From Mobula hypostoma (Eukaryota), in NCBI RefSeq assembly GCF_963921235.1, contig NC_086097.1, forward strand, positions 208,260,001 to 208,324,000: a stretch of DNA of 64,000 bases, in the 5' to 3' direction. Of this stretch, positions 46,915 to 60,735 are shown one piece after another; the stretch's first letter is position 1; the number at the start of each line of letters is the position of its first letter. Both the position numbers and the translations under genes were made by a program. The notes below the pieces were generated by a model, which saw nothing but the letters and a program-made list of their open reading frames with translations, was not told where the DNA came from and searched no databases.

Positions 46915-49638
46915 CATCATCATCATCAGGTGCCATGCCTAGTTTGAGCTTTGACTGCCACGGCCCACACACTCCTGTTTCGGGTCAAGTGGATCAGTTC
47001 ATTGGTATTCATTTCCAGTTCTCTGGCTGCTGTCCCCATCATCATTTGTCTTTGTCTTCCTCTTGCTTTCTTCCCTTCAATCTTTCCCATAATTACCATG
47101 CATTCTAACTCCTTTCCTAATCTCATGTCCAATGAAGTTACGTTGCCTTTTCATGATCTCATATATTATTTCTCTTTTTGTGTTTGCTCTGTTCATGACG
47201 TCCCCGTTAGATATTTGTTTCGTCCATGATCTTCTTTGCATCTTCCTCAAAAACCACATCTCTGCTGCTTCAATTTGTTTCCTCATGTTACTAGATATTG
47301 TCCAACATTCTGAGCCATATAACATAACTGGATAAACGTAGCATTTCAGTGCTCTGAGGCAGGTTGTCATGCCTAGTTTAGTGTTGGTCAATATACTCTT
47401 CATTCTCGTAAAGGTGTCTTTTGCCATTCCCATTCTTCTTTTGATGTCCATGTTGCACCCGCCATCTGATGTCACCCAGCTTCCTAAGTACAAAAGTCTG
47501 TACTTGTTTTATGTCTTCCCCATTTATTCTCAGCCTGCATATAGGATTCTCCTTCTTTTTGGATATCACCATACATTCTGTCTTTTTGCAATTGATAGAT
47601 AGACCCATTTTTGCACTTTCTTCAACAACTATATCAATTAAGTTTTGTAGTTCTTCCTCCGTACTTGCAATTAACACAGTGTCATCTGCATATCTGAAAT
47701 TATTAATGTTTTCACCGCCAACGTTGTTACCCAAGATGTCTCTTATTTTTTGTAATATTGTTTCACTGTACACATTAAACAAATTTAGGGGAGAAAACAC
47801 ACCCTTGTCTAACGCCTCTCTTGATTTTCATAAACTGACTCACTTCTCCATCTATTCTTACAGCGGCAGTTTGTTCCCAGTGCAGATTTCTGATTAGGCG
47901 GAGGTCTTTCGCATCTAGATCTAGAGTTTCCTGTAATATTTCGAATAACTTATTGTGTTTCACTTTAGCAAGTTCTTTTGTGTAGTCGATAAAACAAACA
48001 AACAAATCTTTTTGCACTTGACTAGCTCGTTCTGATAGTATCCTTAACATCAATATCACGTTTCTTGTACCTTTGTCTTTCACAAACCCACATTGTTCTT
48101 TGCCTATTTCAGCTTGTATCTTACTTTTAGCTCTTGTCATCAAAATTCTTAGAAGTATCTTAGTGATATGACTCATTAAACTTATGGTCCTATGTAATTC
48201 ACATTCTATTGCTCCAGGTTTCTTAGGAAGAGTGATAAATACTGTATTGTTCATCTCTTCTGGTATTATTCCAGGCTCATAAATGTCATTGAGTTTTTCA
48301 ATTATGTCAGTAAGTTTTTCAATTCCATAATCTTCAAGGGCGATAATTTGTTCTGTTACTAATTCATCAGGACCTGCTGCCTTTCCTTTCTTCATCTTAT
48401 TTATTGCATTATGAACATTAGATTTTAAAATACTTGGACCTTCAATGTTCTTCTTAATTTCTGGTTTTTTGCCTTGATCGTCTTCAAACGATTCCTGAAT
48501 ATACTGAATCCATCTGTTCATAATCTCATCATTTTCCATGATAATGGTACCGTCCTTTGCTTTCAAACATCCGCCTGAAGAACAGGGGAGCTTTTTACTA
48601 GTGACATTCTTGAACTGTTGGTGTAACCTTTTTGGATCAGTAATAGGGATTCTTTCTAGTTACTCACATTCCTGGTTTAACCATTCTTCTTTGGCTTTTT
48701 GAAATAAGCTTTTAACTTTTTTTATCTAAGGACTTGTTTTCTATAGCATTTGCTTTCTTCCGTCTCCTTTCTTCCATTAGATTTTTGATTTCATCTGTCA
48801 TCCATTTATTCTTTGTGCTTTTTTCTTTCTTAGGAATCACTGACAAGGAACACTCTTTCTGATATTGCCCAATGTCCTAAAACACATTTTGCCATGTTTT
48901 CATCCATAAGAATTCCTACTCCATTAGTATGGGATGCTCCACAAGAATAAACTAGTGTTTTATTTCTAATCTGACATGTTCCAGCACCTATCCAACGAAC
49001 TTCGCCAATTACCATGATGTTAATCTGTAGTCTTTCCATTTCATTTATCACATTGTCCAATCTTCCTGCTTGATATAGGGTTCTTACATTCCAAGTGGCA
49101 ATAATTTTCTTTTGTGTTACTTGAATTTTATGAGCAGTAGCTTGATGATGGTCGGGGATCCCCTGCTGACCAGAATCAACCCTACCGAGCGAAGCATCTT
49201 CAGAATTGTCTTGAAGATCCTCTTGACGTTGTTGTTGTGCAATACATTTTGTGAGTTTGACCATGGTTTTCTTAGCAAATAGATTCTAGGAAACCTAGTA
49301 TCTAGCAACGGTGGTTTGCTAATGCCTTCCGTTGGGCGAACTAAAGAAGTTGCCATTTCTCTTCCCAAATGTTCATCCGCCTGTACTATAGCCATTGACA
49401 TTTGAGGTCCTAGCTCATCCACCTTCTCCGTCATAAGTTCAGTTACTGAACCTGCCGGATCTGCCGTTGGCCTTCGCTCGTATCCTGAGCAGGAACCCTT
49501 GCAGGTGCTAGCATTCTGGGTCAGAGCGTCCCTGGGAGCAATGAATGACTAAGGGGTAGCTCTACTTTCCTCAAAGTTTTGAAACTCCCCAATCAGAGCC
49601 TCATCACCGGTTTCAGTTCAGAGTCATACCCAGGACTT
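46915..49638 (-). mobile_element. RTE-clade LINE with both ends present (APE partly deleted, RT frameshifted)
   Basis: 11-bp TSD ccagttccctt (46904-46914 / 49639-49649); (TGA)n tail; IATWNVRTLYQAG, FIDYTKE..KVKH, GVRQGCVFSP, RYADDTVL. Confidence 0.93.
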
Positions 49639-50479
49639 CCAGTTCCCTTACCACCCAAAAATATAAAAAGCTCATTCTTAGACCTTGATGGTTGCAAGGC
49701 CACTACCCATTGGAGGTGGAGAAGTGCAGTTTCTTAACCTTTACTGAAAAACCTTTCTAGCTAACTTTCTTTCTTAGAACGTGGGTTTCCCCATTTCTGG
49801 TGCACTAAACCTGTGTTGCATTTGGTGTTTTGCTCACTTGTTTGGAAGTTGAGGAACAATGTAAGAATGGCCTCTATAGAGACAACAGCCCAGGGCAGGT
49901 GTCTTTCCAGACTATCTTGCCCATCACTATGGCTTTCCAGAGGCCTGAGACCATGAAACTATTACTCATCCAATGTAAAGTATGGTATGTCTGAAAAGGC
50001 TGCAGGGTTAATTTGCCACTGTAAATAACCCACATTTTATCGGTGGGAGGGAGAATCTGAGGCAAATTGATGGAGATATTAAGATAAGCATAGGATTGGT
50101 GTAAATATGTTCTTGATTAGTTAACGTAGACTCAATGGGCTGTAGAGACTGTTTCTATGCTCTATGATTCCATGACAATGACTTTTTGAGACTAGGCTAG
50201 TTATACCTGGGCAGCCCTCTGCCTTTTATAGCATGGACCCCAGTCTACCTTGCCTGGTCATCGGCTGCAGAAGTGATGGAGTGTTGCCAGCAAATGGAGG
50301 TCCAGGTTCCTAATTACTGGAGAAAACATCCATTATTAATTATAGCTGAATAGGTGGCCTTTGGAAGTTCCTTGAGCATTCTGAAATCAGTTCTAAGTTA
50401 CGAGGAGAAAGTACTTGTATCTGCAAATGTCCCTTTAATTATCAATAAATGTAACAAACTAGTTTGGTGTACAGTTGTA

Positions 50480-50835
50480 CCAGATTGACAGTTGCATTTT
50501 TTCAGCCTCAATTTATGTCAGTAAGGGAGGCGTTACACAGTCGGTGATGTTCAATCTCCCTCCTGTATGCTGATATGTCACCACCTTTGATTTGACCAAC
50601 AACAATGGTGTCATCAGGAATCTTAAGTAAGGCAGAGCTGGTCTTTGCCTCACAGTCACAGGCATAAACTGAGTAAAGCAGGAGGCTTGTGGTGCAACTG
50701 TGCTGATGGAGACTGTGGAGGAGATGGTTTTGCCAATCTGAACTGGTTGAGGTCTCCTACTGAGGTAATCAAGAACCTAATTGCACAAGGGGATATTAAG
50801 GCGAAGATCTTGATGCTTATTGATGAGTTTTAAGG
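50480..50835 (-). mobile_element. Old Rex1/L2-like RT fragment
   Basis: Degenerate DDTIVVG and W..NFL..R remnants on the minus strand. Confidence 0.5.
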
Positions 50836-51122
50836 ATTAGTTATTCCTATTGTTCCAATAAAAGTGAATCACCTAAATTTCCCTGCCTTATGCTCTTTGC
50901 CTGTTTACGTATAGTTATTTTGTAAAATTCTATATTTCTTTTTTCCTGTAAGTGCCTGCAAGAAAGTGAATCTCAAGGTAGATAGTACCAGTTAGTTTAG
51001 AACTAAATAACAAGAGCCAAAGAGATTACAATGCAGAGGAACTCTGTACTGGTGTGCTGCAGATAACTTTGATATGCTGTTTGTCTAAAGCGTGCTCTGT
51101 TCACATTTTGCCTCCCCTGCAG

Positions 51123-51271
51123 CCCATGGGATCGGAGCGGATGGAGATGCGTAAGCGGCAGACGTCGGTGCAGCAGGAGATGCCGGGTTCTGCACAGCCA
51201 CAGCAGGGTGCTGGGAACCGGGGCTCCAATGCCTGCTGTTTCTGCTGGTGTTGCTGCTGTAGCTGCTCATG
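51123..51271 (+). CDS. RGS20: Coding exon of regulator of G-protein signalling 20 (RZ/A subfamily), cysteine-string exon
   Basis: Pyrimidine tract plus AG acceptor (ttttgcctcccctgcag, AG at 51121-51122) and donor TG|gtacgt at 51272. 149 bp, phase 0 to phase 2. Translates PMGSERMEMRKRQTSVQQEMPGSAQPQQGAGNRGSNACCFCWCCCCSCS, matching the RGS20 N-terminus as I know it (MGSERMEMRKRQ...GSNACCFCWCCCCSCSC) better than RGS17 or RGS19. ATG at 51126 could start a short isoform. Confidence 0.93.
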
Positions 51272-52162
51272 GTACGTTTTTCTGTCTAATTTCCCCCAGC
51301 TCCGGAGAGTGATGGAAAGTAAATAACACTATATTCCCATTACTATAGGCAGCAGCTGATAGACTCCCACGAAACATCTGCATAAACAAAATAGGCATAA
51401 TCAGTCCTTTAATCAAAATGCATTTTGCATTTCTTTAGTCTAAGTGGAAAAGAAAAGCAGAATAGAGTTCAGCACAGTCCTGATGGATAACCGCGACAGA
51501 CAACATTAGAACTGCTCAGGACTCAAAATTCAATAGGCATCATATTTATTTGTTTCCAAAAGCCATGACTCTAATTTTCTGAGCTAATTTTTCCCATTCC
51601 ACCCAAAGACAGAATTATGGCACTGTCTGTTCTTTTCACGGTGCTGACCACATGTCCAAGTGAACACAAATATTAGAAGGACTGAGGAAGGGCAGGATGC
51701 AAACTAGCTCTTCATGATGAAGGCACAGCATTACATACCCAACCCAACACTTCAGTCCCAGCTTTAAATTAATCAACAAAGAAGTAAGGTAAGTCTCCAA
51801 GTACAAACTAAAAAATTGTTCAGTCAATACTGTGTTCCTCATGCAGACATCTGACTCAGGAACCTTACTACTTTGTAGGGTGGGTCTGATTATAGGTAAC
51901 CTGATGTGCATGTTGCACTGAAACTTACACCCACCCTGTACAAAAGAAACTTTGAACTTTGCAGAAATGTCAAACTGAATGAGAAAAAAATCACTGTTTA
52001 CTGTCAGTAAATCACATTTAATAATTAATGATACCATTAGTAAACCTACCACAAAGGGACAGATTTCCTCTAAGTACTCTAGGCCAGAGACTGTCAATCA
52101 GCCAGGGCCCTCCTTTCCAAAACAAGAAAGATTTTGCTCACCCCAAAGGCTGACTCTGTCTC

Positions 52163-52277
52163 TGGGCTTCACCAATGAGAATGAAAACTGGACTTCCCCA
52201 ATGAGAATGAACATTGGACTTCCCCAATGAGAATAGACAGTGGGTTTCCCCAAAGAGAATGGGCATTGGGCTTCCCA
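52163..52277. repeat. 26-bp minisatellite, about 4.4 copies
   Basis: Units tgggcttcaccaatgagaatgaaaac / tggacttccccaatgagaatgaacat / tggacttccccaatgagaatagacag / tgggtttccccaaagagaatgggcat. Confidence 0.85.
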
Positions 52278-52746
52278 GTCAGAACCACAACAAAATAAAT
52301 GGCTGCCCTCTCCCACTAAATCTACTATCTCAGACAAGATTAATAGAAAGCCAATACATTACATCATAACTGTAATCCCCTCAGCCTCGAGAAAGCTACA
52401 CACTTTTATGATTTGAATAGATCCTGAGCTTCCCTCCAAACTAGTATGGTAAGTTATTCTTAAGTGTCCCTACCTCAGGCAAGTCTGTTGATTCCTCATT
52501 GACCCTCTCTCCCTTTCTTGGGGAGCAGCTTCCCCACAATAAGTGTAATATTGGTGAAGACACTCAGAATGAGAAAGGCTTAGCTTTTAAAGGAATGCAA
52601 AGGATCTTAAACACAAGCTCATTCATCACAAATCCACCACAGTTTCTTAACTCCTATCCCACCAAATACACCAATTTATCTGTTGGCCAATGATGACAAC
52701 AACCATGAAGCAGAACATAGATCAAGAACCAACCTAATGTACTATT

Positions 52747-52877
52747 GTCAGGACGAAGGGTCTTGGCCTGAAACGTCGACTGTACCTCTTCCTAGAGATG
52801 CTGCCTGGCCTGCTGCTTTCACCAGCAACTTTGATGTGTGTTGCTTGAATTTCCAGCATCTGCAGAATTCCTGTTGT
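52747..52877 (+). mobile_element. Young Penelope-like insertion
   Basis: Imperfect TSD ctaatgtactatt (52734-52746) / ctgatgcactatt (52878-52890); begins within the hammerhead core (gacgaagggtcttggcctgaaacgtcgac). Confidence 0.8.
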
Positions 52878-53004
52878 CTGATGCACTATTTAATTAGATT
52901 ATGGCTGATTTGATTGACCCTGCGTCTTTATCTAATCCCCATTACTGCTGATTTCCCTAACAGCCAAAAATACATCTGAGTTTTGAATATTATTAATAAC
53001 TCTA

Positions 53005-54495
53005 CATAAGACCATAAGATATAGGAGCAGAAGTAGGCCATTTGGCCCATTGAGTCTGCTCCACCATTCAATCATAGGCTGATCCAATTCTTCCAGTTAT
53101 CCCCACTCCCCTGCTTTCACCTCATACCCTTTGATGCCCTGGCTAATCAAGAACCTATCTATCTCTGCCTTAAATACACACAATGACTTGACCTCAACAG
53201 CTGCTTGTGGCAACAAATTCCACAGATTTACCGCCCTCTGACTAAAGTAATTTCTCCGCACCTCTGTTCTAAATGGACGTCCATCAATCCTGAAGTCGTG
53301 TCCTCTTGTCCTAGACTCCAGTACCATGGGAAACTTAATCATATTTAATCTGTTCAGGCCTTTTAACATTCAGAATGTTTCTGTGAGATCACCGCTCATT
53401 CTCCTGAACTCCAGGGAATACAGCCCAAGAGCTGTCAGACGTTCTTCGTACCCGCTCATTCCTGGAATCATTCTCATGAATCTTCTCTGAACCCTCTTCA
53501 ATGTCAGAATATCCTTTCTAAAATAAGGAGCCCAAAACTGCACACAATACTCCAAGTGTGATCTCACGAGTGCCTTATAAAGCCTCAACATCACATCTCT
53601 GCTCTTATATTCTATACCTCTGGAAATGAATGCCAACATTGCATTCGCCTTCTTCACCACGGACTCAACCTGGAGGTTCACCTTTAGGGTATCTTGCACA
53701 AGAACTCCCAAGTCCCTTTGCATCTCTACATTTTGAATTTTTTTCCCCATCTAAATAATAGTCTGCCCATTTATTTCTTCCACCAAAGTGCATTACCATA
53801 CACTTTCTAACATTGCATTTCACCTCTTTGCCCATTCCCCTAAACTAACTAAGTCTCTCTACAGGCTCCCTGTTTCCTCAGCACTACCCACTCCTCCACC
53901 TATCTTTGTATCGTCAGCAAATTTAGCCACAGATCCATTAATCCCATAGTCCAACTCATTGACATACATCGTAAAAAGCAGCAGTCCCAACACCGACCCC
54001 TGTGGAACTCCACTGGTAACCGGCAGTCAGCCAGAATAGGATCCCTTTATTCCCACTCTCTGTTTTCTGCCGATCAGCCAATGCTCCACCCATGCTAGTA
54101 ACTTCCCTGTAATTCCATGGGCTCTTATCTTGCTAAGCAACCTCACATGCAGCACCCTGTCAAAGGTCTTCTGAAAGTACACCACATGCACCGCATCTGC
54201 TTTGTCTAACCTGCTTGTAATTTCCTCAAAAAATTGCAGTAGGTTAGTCAGGCAGGATTTTCCTTTCAGTAAACTATGCTGGCTTTGGCCATTTTGTCAC
54301 GTGCCTCCAGGTGCTCTGTAATCTCATCCCTAACAATTGATTCCAAAAATTTCCCAACCACTGATAGTTTCCTTTCTGCTGCCTCTCACCCTTCTTAAAT
54401 AGCGGAGTAACATTTGCAATTTTCCAGTCATCCGGTAGAATGCCAGAATCTACTGATCCTTGAAAGGTCATTGTTAATGCCTCTGCAATCTCTCC
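53005..54495 (-). mobile_element. CR1-like LINE, RT to 3' end
   Basis: PDDWKIANVTPLFKKG, LVRSHLEYCVQFWAP; (accataag)n tail. Confidence 0.92.
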
Positions 54496-55278
54496 AAGCT
54501 TTCTGGACAGAGGATTTCAAAGATCAATGATTTTTAGATTTAATGTTCTTCCTTATCTCAGTTTTAAATTTCTTATCTATAACCTGAAACCATACCTCCT
54601 ATACTAATGCAAAAAAAAATTGCTGGAGGATCTCAGTGGGTCTTCCCCTAAAATGTCAACTGTCCATTTCTAGTAGACAATTGATACAGAGTATGTAAGT
54701 ATGTGGCAAGAGCATCAGCAGAAACAATAGTGGAAATGAAGGGTCGTGACCCAGAAAGTCAGATGTCCGTTGGCTGCTGGGATTATGCATGTGAACGTTG
54801 CGTGCTGTCCTCCTTCTCTGCTCCCGCATATTGAAAAAGAGCTACAGAAACTGAAGCTAGGCAATTATTGCCATTAATAAGAATGATATAGAAACGAGCA
54901 TAGGGATTAAGAGTCAGACTCTGTGGATTAGCTTCAGTTTTAGCATTACACTTCCTTGTTCTGGATTCAACCAATGGAGACAACATTTTCCTGTGTCAAG
55001 TCCCCTAAATAATTTTTAAAACTTTGATTAGATCACCATGAAGAAACTATTCTGATTTGTCATTCTCAGATCAAAAGGGGTTAACCTCATAATTCCTTGT
55101 ATTAATCACCATATGCCTTACTGTTGCTGATTCACTCAGTAGAAATCTGTCCATTTGAAACTTCCTGCTCCCATCTACTTGCCATATCTCTACATTTATT
55201 TGATTAGGATTTCAAACTAGGAGTAGTCTCTTTTCCCCTTCAAACGTATTCTGCCGTTTAGTAAGATCATGGCTAATC

Positions 55279-55592
55279 TCATAGTCATAGTCATAGTCAT
55301 ACTTTATTGATCTCGAGGGAAATTGGTTTTCATTACAGTTGCACCATAAATAATTAAACAGTAATAAAACCATAAATAATTAAATAGTAATATGTAAATT
55401 ATGCCAGGAAATAAATCCAGAACCAGCCTGTCGGCTCAGGGTGTCTGACCCTCCAAAGGAGGAGTTGTAAAGTTTGATGGCCACAGGCAGGAATGACTTC
55501 CTATGACGCTCTGTGTTGCATCTCGGTGGAATGAATCTCTGGCTGAATGTACTCCTGTGCCCAACCAGTACATTATGTAGTGGATGGGAGAC
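55279..55592 (-). mobile_element. Rex1/Babar-like 3' end
   Basis: (catagt)n tail; SHPLH...RCNTERHRKSFLPVAIKLYN. Confidence 0.85.
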
Positions 55593-56309
55593 ACCTGAGT
55601 GTAACCTTAACTCTGAATTCTCATTTATCCATGGTTTCCTTTCTTCCATTTGCTTATCAAGCATCTATCTGTCCTTGCTTTACAAATTTCAAATGCTTTT
55701 TTGAGGAAGAGAGTTGACTCTCCGAAACAAAACATCCACTCTTACAGTAAATATATTTGCATTGAAAGGATTTCAGTGGTGATGCCTGGTTTTAAACTCT
55801 TTAGGAAGCATCCTTACAAACATCCACTCTTAGGATTCAATCAAGTCTCCTCTAATTCATGTAAACTTCACCTGGTATAAGCCTTATCTATTCTGCATTT
55901 CTCAGTAAGATAACGTACCCATGCAAGATATTAGTCTTGTAAGCATTCTCTGAAATAAATTGAACATTTTAATACCCTTCCTTAAATAAAGACATATTGT
56001 TGGACACATTAGTCTAGATGTGGTCTCATCTGGGTCATTGAAATATATCTTATAAACAGGTTAGGCTGCAGTTCAGCTACTTAGGGGACACCAGTTTTCA
56101 TTTCCTCCATATCAGAGATGTAATTATTCTTGTGCATCTTTAATTGCTCAATTATTGACTCTTTCACAAGGTTACTTGCTCTGCACTCTCACCTTTCTTA
56201 CTAATCCTTAACGTAGAGCCAATATTTATTGGCACAGATTTATATGCAATTTTTGTAATCTGTTGCACTAATTTAGATTAGATTAGATTATCTAATTCCA
56301 TTATTGGAA

Positions 56310-57672
56310 TAGAATCATAGAGCAATAGTGTACTACAGCACATAAATGGGCACTTCAGCCCATCTAATCTGTGTCAAACTGTTTTCTGCCTAATCTCATT
56401 GACCCATAACTGCACTATAGCCCTCCATACTCTTCCCGTCCATGTGTGTATCCAGTTTTCTCTTAAATGTTGGAATCAAACCCACATCCAACACTTCCTG
56501 TAGCAACTCGTTCCACAATCTTTGAGGTAGCACCGTTAGCATTTACCATGCCACCAATCGGGTCCAATTCCTGCCACTGCCTGTAAAGTGTTTCTAAGTT
56601 TGCCCCATGACTGCATCTGGTTTGCTCCTCTGTTCCAAAGATGTATGGATTAGTCATTTAATTGGTCACAAGGGTGTAATTGTGCTTGTTGGGCATGTTA
56701 CAGGGACTGTAACAGGGCCAATAAATAAAATAAACACTCGCACCACCCCTCTAAGTGAAGAAGTTCCCCCTCAGGTTTCCATTAAATATCTCCCCTTTCA
56801 CCCTTAACCTACAAACCCTAGTTCTAGTTTCAACCAACCTCAGTGGAAAAAATCTGCTTGAATTAACTCTATCTATACTCCGCAAAATTTTGTATACATC
56901 TGTCAAACCTCCCCTCATTCTTCTATGCTCCAGGGAATAAAATCCATCCCTATAATTCAGGTCCTTAAGTCCTGGCAACATGTGTGAAAATTTTCTCTGC
57001 GCTCTTTCAATCTTATTGTTTCTTTCCTGTAGGTAGATGTCCAGAATCTCAAAATCTCCTGTACTTAAATTCATGAAGGCCAACGTGCCGAAAGCTCTCT
57101 TTACGACAGTATCTACTTGTGATGCCACTTAAATGAATTATTGATCTGAGCTCCAAGATGCCTCTGTTCTGCCATTCCTTCAGTGCCCGACCATTCACTA
57201 TGCAAGTCCTATCTTGGTTGGTCCTCCCACAGTGCAACACCTCACACTTGTCTGCATTAAATTCCATCTACCATTTTTCAGCCCGTTTCCCCTGCTGGTC
57301 CAAAAAATGCTGCAAGCTTTGATAGCCTTTATCGCTGTCCGCTGTACCCCTAGTCTTGGTGTCAGCTGCAAATTTGCTGACCCAGTTTACCACATTGTAA
57401 TCCAGATCATTAATATTAATAACAAACAACAACAGAACCAACACTGATCCCTACGTCCTAGGCCTCCATCTACTACCACCTTGACTTCTCCTGTGAAGCC
57501 AACTATCAAATGCAATTTACTATCCCATCCTGAATGCCAAATGACTAAACCTCTTGACCAGCCTACCACGTGGCTCTTTGGCAAAAGCCTTGCAAAAGTC
57601 CATTTAGACAACATCCGTTGACTTTTCTTCATCAACTTTCCTGGTAACCTTCTTGAAAAAACTTTATAAGAT
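56310..57672 (-). mobile_element. CR1-like LINE with a nested SINE (about 56525-56734, + strand)
   Basis: MEFNADKCEVLHCG and RVKGEIFNGNLRGNFFT; SINE similar to 30727-31003. Confidence 0.85.
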
Positions 57673-57992
57673 TATTTCAGAATCAGGTTGAATATCACTG
57701 ACATGTGTCATGAAATTTGTTGTTTTAAAGCAGCAATACATTGCAATGCATAATAATAAAAAAACTATAAATTATAGTAAGTATATATAAAATTTTAAAT
57801 TAAGTAAGGAGTGCAAAAAGAGAGCAAAAAAAAGAGGAAAAAATAGTGAGGTAGTGTGCATGGGTTCATTATCTATTCAGAAATCTGATGGCGGAGGGGA
57901 AGAAACTGTTCCTGAAACTTTGAGTTTGTGTCTTCAGAGTCCTGTACCTCCTCTTTGATGGTAGCAGTGAGAAGAGAAGATGTCCTGGATGA
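57673..57992 (-). mobile_element. Rex1/Babar-like 3' end
   Basis: Same family as 3191-3520. Confidence 0.8.
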
Positions 57993-59829
57993 TAGTTAGC
58001 TATAACATGCTTTTCAAAAATTCATGCACTTTCTTTGATCAATTGTTTTAGTCCAAATCATTTGGTGCTACCCCCAGGATTGAAGTGAAACCAACTGATC
58101 AGTTTCTACCTGATTTTCTTCTCACATCCTTCTTAAATGATAGTGATAGTTCTAACTTCCTAACCAAAAAAAGAAATCCTGCATCTTAGGGGCTTTGAAA
58201 AATTAGGATAATTAATGTATTTGTAATATCCCTGCCATCCTGGGATCATGTTTCAGATTTTGAAGTGTTAAATCTCATTATTTTCATCATTTTTCTTACT
58301 GCTGTCATTGCATTTTCCCATAAGCACTGTGTAATTAAAATGTATATCAGCTTTGTAAGTTAATTTTGTGAACTTTTCAATAAAAAGCACTCCTGGCAAA
58401 TGAAAGTAAATTGGCATTTTATCTACTTCACAAAATTATCTCCTTGATTGCAAAATTGGTTGATCAAGGTATCTGAAATGGATACTCACATACTAAGATA
58501 TGCAGGTGAAATTAGACAATAACGTTTGTATATTTGGCTCCAAAATCACAAAGCAATTCAACATCAACGGTTACACTCGGATTCTATCTACTCACGATCT
58601 CTATTGGTCATCATATGAGGTTTATCTGAACTACCCATCAGTCCAACACATGCTGTGTGCTCTGCTATGGTGACTAGATTGTCCCTTTTGATACTATTTG
58701 TAATAAACTGATAATTCTAGTTTAGGTAGATGATCTCCCTTCTGCAGGCAATACAATCTCACTGCAATTGTATTTCCACCAGATAAAGGAATATACCTAA
58801 TGTATGAGCCAACATTGTTCTTCCAGGCTTCTGAAAGTCCCATGCTGAAGGAAGTCCTGATGTGGAGATTTTGCCCTATCATAATTTCTTCCTCCATGGC
58901 TTGGGGTCAAAGTCCCTGTCCAAGGCAAAGCCATTTGGAAACTGCTAGGGAGGACCTCAGCTTGGTTTGCAACACTGTGAAGAAACTGAGTTGGGTTCAT
59001 ACTAGAATTTTAGGCCCAGTAGATACTTTTCATTATTAGCTTTATGAAGTTGGCTGAAAAACAGATAAATCTTGAAAAGACGGAAAAGAGAATTCATGTG
59101 CTTGGGTCCAGAGTTCACTTGGAAGGTAAATAACATGGACTAGTTGTGCCATTTTCACATTGTAAGTTCTATCTAATACTGTGCAATTAAAGTTTATAAA
59201 ATAACATCTATCTCCTGTTAATTTCATTCAGCCTAACTCATTCTGTTGCAAACTAGGAAGGCACACTATTGCTTCATAACAACAACAGCTGCTATCCGCT
59301 CATTGCTGTGGTGTAGAGAACTCCCTACATTTTTAATGACAGTGCTTCCCATGAATCTTCTTCACAACCCATGTAACAGGAAATACTGCTGTTCACAAGC
59401 TCCTTTTCATGTTTCTGCCTTGGGGTTTACATTGCATTGTGCTTTGCATACATTTATTTTTATTATACAAAACTTATAAGAACTTTTGCACCAACTTAAA
59501 ATTAGTTTTCTTCACATTGCTTGAATGAATGAATGATTCTTAATTTGAACTTAGAAACTGAATGCGTTCGCCATCCTTGAGTCAATGTGCTTAAGGAGAA
59601 TGCTAATGAGTGGTAGAGATAAGGTATACTGCAGGGAAAACTCTCGCAGTAAACAAGTCAGGAGGATTACACATATTAGAAGTCAACAAGTCAGTAGGAT
59701 GACACCTGTTTGAGAAATGGTGGAAGAAATTCAAGAGGAATACGGGAGGCATCGTTTTCACCCAAAGGGTAGTAAGGTGGTAAAAACATCACTAAAAATA
59801 CCTTTTCTGAGAAAAATTGTGTTAAATTA

Positions 59830-60735
59830 TTGCCACAAACAGTGAAGAAGCAAGCGATGATGAGGCTAGCTCGGGGGATAAGTTGATGCAGATGGAGGTT
59901 TGATGCTGGTACAGCTGTCCTGGAGATGAGGTTGGATTGGTCTGGGTGCCGAAAGAATTCGGGGCCCAGGCAGACAAGTTCTGATGCTTGTTCAACTGGC
60001 CTGGGTGCGAGGTTGGATCACTCTGGGCGCTGAGCTGATTTGAAGAGCTTGAGCACGGCTTCAGGCTGGGCGACGAAATCTGGGCCCGGAGCGAGTCGCT
60101 GGGCAGTGTGATCTGGGCCTAGGATCTTTCACAGCAGCGGTGCCTAGACCTAGTGCAAGGTGCCTTTCGCAGAAGTGGTGCCCAGGTCCTCGTGGAGGTA
60201 CAATGCACTGTTTAGACAAATTAAACGCTGTCCCAGATTGAAGACAAAAGTTGATTTGGCCCACTCTCTGCGATCTTCACTCCTCTCTCTAGGGCACCGA
60301 AGCCTTTTGTTGTTCTGTTGTTGGGTCAATTTAAACACCAGCCCAGCTAGACTGAAAGGATGTGTGTCGGTCGGGATGAATGCTGATTTCACTCATTCTC
60401 CTCAATGGCACTGAGGCAATAAAGACTGCCCCGGCTGCTGTACTCCGTGCCTGCTAATATGGTGAATTGATAAGCGAAGCTTTGGGCCTACTCTGGGCTG
60501 CTCCGAGGTTCAGATCTGAGGACTCACTTTTAGTTCAGAATGCTGTTGTTTGCTTCAATTGTTTGCATGATTTGTTTTCTTTTTCTTTCTCTTGCACATC
60601 GAGTGTTGGTCTTTTATTTTTTTTAATTGGGTTCTTTTGGGTTTCTTGCTTTATGGCTACCGGTGAGCAAGCAAATCTCAAGGTTGTATAATACATATAT
60701 TCTTTGATAATAAAGGCACTTGAACTTGAACTTGA
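59830..60735 (+). mobile_element. Non-LTR repeat with a Rex1/L2-type tail
   Basis: GC-rich body, aatctcaaggttgtata...aataaa and a (gaactt)n tail; 5' boundary uncertain. Confidence 0.55.

Noticed and set aside
47775..48566. Intact or domesticated reverse transcriptase
   Set aside because: The RTE ORF is frameshifted at several points and the endonuclease is partly deleted.
51054..51326. 90-aa single-exon ORF
   Set aside because: Only 51123-51271 is bounded by splice sites and matches RGS20; the flanks are intron read-through.
52163..52277. CRISPR-like repeat array
   Set aside because: Units are contiguous with no unique spacers, the context is vertebrate and there are no cas genes; it is a minisatellite.
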